Positions 61,966-64,000 of a DNA stretch of 64,000 nt are shown here, one piece after another; position 1 is the first letter of the stretch; each line of letters begins with the position of its first letter. Position numbers and translations under genes: made by a program. Below the pieces are notes generated by a model, which did not search any database, had not been told where the DNA came from, and worked only from the letters and a program-made list of their open reading frames with translations. Source of the stretch: Candidatus Omnitrophota bacterium (GTDB taxonomy: Bacteria > Omnitrophota > Gorgyraeia > VGKH01); the NCBI GenBank assembly GCA_022703055.1, contig JAKLEP010000001.1:154850-218849 (forward strand), in the 5' to 3' direction.

Positions 61966-63348
61966 ATGGAGCAAGATACGAATAATAAAATTAATTTATC
62001 TATGCTGCTTGATTTGTATGAAATCAGCATGTCGGCCAGCTATTTTCAGTTTAAAAATAACGCCAAGGCTGTATTTGATTTGTTTATAAGGCGTATGCCT
62101 GCCAATCGTTCTTTTTTTATGGCCGCAGGGCTTGAGGATATCTTAGATTATTTGAGTAATTTTAGTTTTGATCCTGCTTCCATCGAATCCTTGAGAAACA
62201 TGGGTATTTTCCAAGAAAGTTTTCTGGGGTATCTAAGCAAATTGCGTTTTTCCGGAGATGTCTGGGCTTTGCGCGAAGGGGAAATATTCTTTCCCAATGA
62301 GCCGGTGATACGGGTAATCGCGCCGATTATTGAGGCACAATTGGTCGAAAGTTACCTTTTAAATACCGTTAACCTCAACACTACGATAGCGACAAAGGCC
62401 AGCCGCGTGACTATGGCGGCAAAAGATAGGGGAGTTTATGATTTTTCCCTGCGCCGCACTCACGGAGTCGACGCTTCGCTTAAAGCGGCTAGGGCGTCTT
62501 ATATTGCCGGCTGCAAGGGCACATCCAATGTTCTGGCGGGAATGAAATACAAAATTCCTGTTGCCGGAACCATGGCGCATTCCTTTGTAATGTCGTTTGA
62601 CAATGAATTGGATAGCTTTAGGGCTTTCGTATCGACTTTTCCTAAACATTCGATCTTGCTTGTTGATACCTACGATAATTTTAGCGGCGTAAAAAATGCT
62701 ATTGTTGTGGCAAAAGAAATGGAAAAAGCAGGTTGCAAGTTAAACGGGATAAGGCTGGATAGCGGAGATCTCGCGAAGCTATCTAAAAAGGTAAGGATAA
62801 TGCTGGACAAAGCCGGCCTTTCATATGTAAAGATATTCGCCAGCGGAAATTTAGATGAATATAAAATCGCCAAGCTATTGAAGAAAAGGGCGCCGATTGA
62901 TAATTTTGGCGTCGGTACTAACATGGGAGTTTCGGAAGATGCCCCTTACTGCGATGTCATTTATAAAATCAGCGAGGTAACAGATGCTAGCGGTGAATTC
63001 TTGCCGACGATGAAGCTAAGTATCGGAAAGTCTACCTATCCGGGCAGAAAACAAATTTATAGGATATTGGACAACAAAGGGATGTTTGCCAGAGATATCC
63101 TGGCTTTAGAGTCCGAAAGCATAAAGGGGATGCCTCTTCTTGCCAAGGTGATGGAGAGTGGAAAATCTATTTATATGGCACCGCTTCTTGATGAGGTAAG
63201 AAGGGTCGCCCAGGATAACTTGTTAAGGCTTCCCGATAAATACAAGAGACTTAATAAATCGTATAGATATCCGGTAGCTATAAGCCAGGGATTGAAGATT
63301 CACACCAAGAAAGTCTTAAAAAGCATAAAGCACAGATCAAGACAATGA
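61966..63348 (+). CDS. pncB: Nicotinate phosphoribosyltransferase
   Basis: LLDLYEISM N-terminus and GTMAHSFV motif. About 460 aa. Confidence 0.85.
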   Translation: MEQDTNNKINLSMLLDLYEISMSASYFQFKNNAKAVFDLFIRRMPANRSFFMAAGLEDILDYLSNFSFDPASIESLRNMGIFQESFLGYLSKLRFSGDVWALREGEIFFPNEPVIRVIAPIIEAQLVESYLLNTVNLNTTIATKASRVTMAAKDRGVYDFSLRRTHGVDASLKAARASYIAGCKGTSNVLAGMKYKIPVAGTMAHSFVMSFDNELDSFRAFVSTFPKHSILLVDTYDNFSGVKNAIVVAKEMEKAGCKLNGIRLDSGDLAKLSKKVRIMLDKAGLSYVKIFASGNLDEYKIAKLLKKRAPIDNFGVGTNMGVSEDAPYCDVIYKISEVTDASGEFLPTMKLSIGKSTYPGRKQIYRILDNKGMFARDILALESESIKGMPLLAKVMESGKSIYMAPLLDEVRRVAQDNLLRLPDKYKRLNKSYRYPVAISQGLKIHTKKVLKSIKHRSRQ

Positions 63349-63938
63349 AAAAAATCGCCTTCGTCGATATAGACACCCAGTTTGATTTCATGAAAAAAAA
63401 GGGGCGTCTTTCTATCAGGGGTGCTGAAAGAATTATCCCGAATTTAAGAAAACTTACCCAATTCGCCGATAAATATAAAATTAATATCATCGCTTCAGTC
63501 GATGCGCATTCTGTCCGGGATCCAGAATTTAAGCTATTTCCCGCACACTGCGTTAAGGGAAAAACAGGCCAGAAGAAGATAAAAGAGACTTTGCTAAAAA
63601 ATCGCGTCTATGTCAATATCAACAAACGTTCCCCAAAGGAACTAAGTAATTTATTAGATAGATACAGACAGATTATTCTGGAAAAGAAGACAATAGAAGT
63701 ATTTTTAAGCCCTAACATCGCGGTCATATTGAAAAATATAGATACTGCTTTTGTCTATGGTGTTGCCACGGATTATTGTATTAAGACAGTAGTCTTAGGA
63801 TTGCTCAAATTGAATAAAAAAGTATTTATAGTAGAAGATGCTATCAAAGCCATATCGGTAAAAGAAGGCAATAAAGTCTTAAAGATGCTCGCTAAGAAAG
63901 GCGTAAAATTAATTAAGACAAAAACCTTGATTAATTAA
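63345..63938 (+). CDS. pncA: Isochorismatase-family hydrolase (nicotinamidase PncA-like)
   Basis: FVDIDTQ.DF and GVATDYCI catalytic-Cys motifs. ATGA overlap with pncB. Confidence 0.75.
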   Translation: MKKIAFVDIDTQFDFMKKKGRLSIRGAERIIPNLRKLTQFADKYKINIIASVDAHSVRDPEFKLFPAHCVKGKTGQKKIKETLLKNRVYVNINKRSPKELSNLLDRYRQIILEKKTIEVFLSPNIAVILKNIDTAFVYGVATDYCIKTVVLGLLKLNKKVFIVEDAIKAISVKEGNKVLKMLAKKGVKLIKTKTLIN

Positions 63939-64000
63939 ATTTTCCTTAATATAATAGTAGCGTTTTTTAATCCACCTTAGCAAAAGATTATTTAAAAAAT

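Overview
This 64 kb window looks like a mostly housekeeping chromosomal segment of a low-to-moderate GC, probably anaerobic, diderm bacterium. I did not attempt a taxonomic assignment. Almost all genes are on the + strand and are tightly packed, often with overlapping stop and start codons.

Gene content, left to right:
- The 3' end of an Mrp/Mbh-type antiporter module (MnhD-like, E, F, G), followed by a NuoI/MbhN-like 2x[4Fe-4S] subunit and a hydrogenase maturation protease.
- A small tRNA locus with tRNA-Phe, tRNA-Thr and two tRNA-derived fragments.
- An MFS transporter fused into a complete rnfCDGEAB operon.
- A scattered purine super-cluster: purN; later purB, purL, a LOG-family gene, purF, purM, purD and purE. 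It continues into tsaC-ywlE fusion, rpiB, glyA, dCMP deaminase and nrdR.
- An FtsH-like protease, eno, ftsB, initiator tRNA and corA.
- An envelope/lipid operon: TPR protein, a large AsmA-like protein, and a cNMP-binding/P-loop/patatin protein.
- c-di-GMP signalling proteins: REC-GGDEF-MshEN and PilZ.
- An RNA-end-processing-looking block: DUF151 nuclease, YfcE-like phosphoesterase, CCA-adding enzyme, Macro-Nudix, and later RtcA.
- pabB-pabC, a FadD-ACP-PlsC fusion, ttcA, a GH5 enzyme, rmuC, a thiol-redox block (Grx-like, cutA, ccdA, tlpA-like) and pncB/pncA.

I saw no CRISPR array, rRNA, transposase, integrase or reverse transcriptase.

The most interesting signals are non-coding:
1. A near-identical roughly 60-65 nt leader is fused to the GTG start codons of purN and purD. 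Its geometry suggests an anti-SD/SD switch. A third, degenerate and probably inverted copy lies upstream of the LOG gene.
2. A long imperfect hairpin fills the whole rnfA-rnfB gap. It shares an exact 18-mer, on the opposite strand, with the right border of an AT-rich insertion.
3. That AT-rich insertion sits inside the pur cluster and carries a DUF262-HNH (GmrSD/SspE-like) nuclease.

All functional calls come from reading motifs in the supplied translations. No database search was run.
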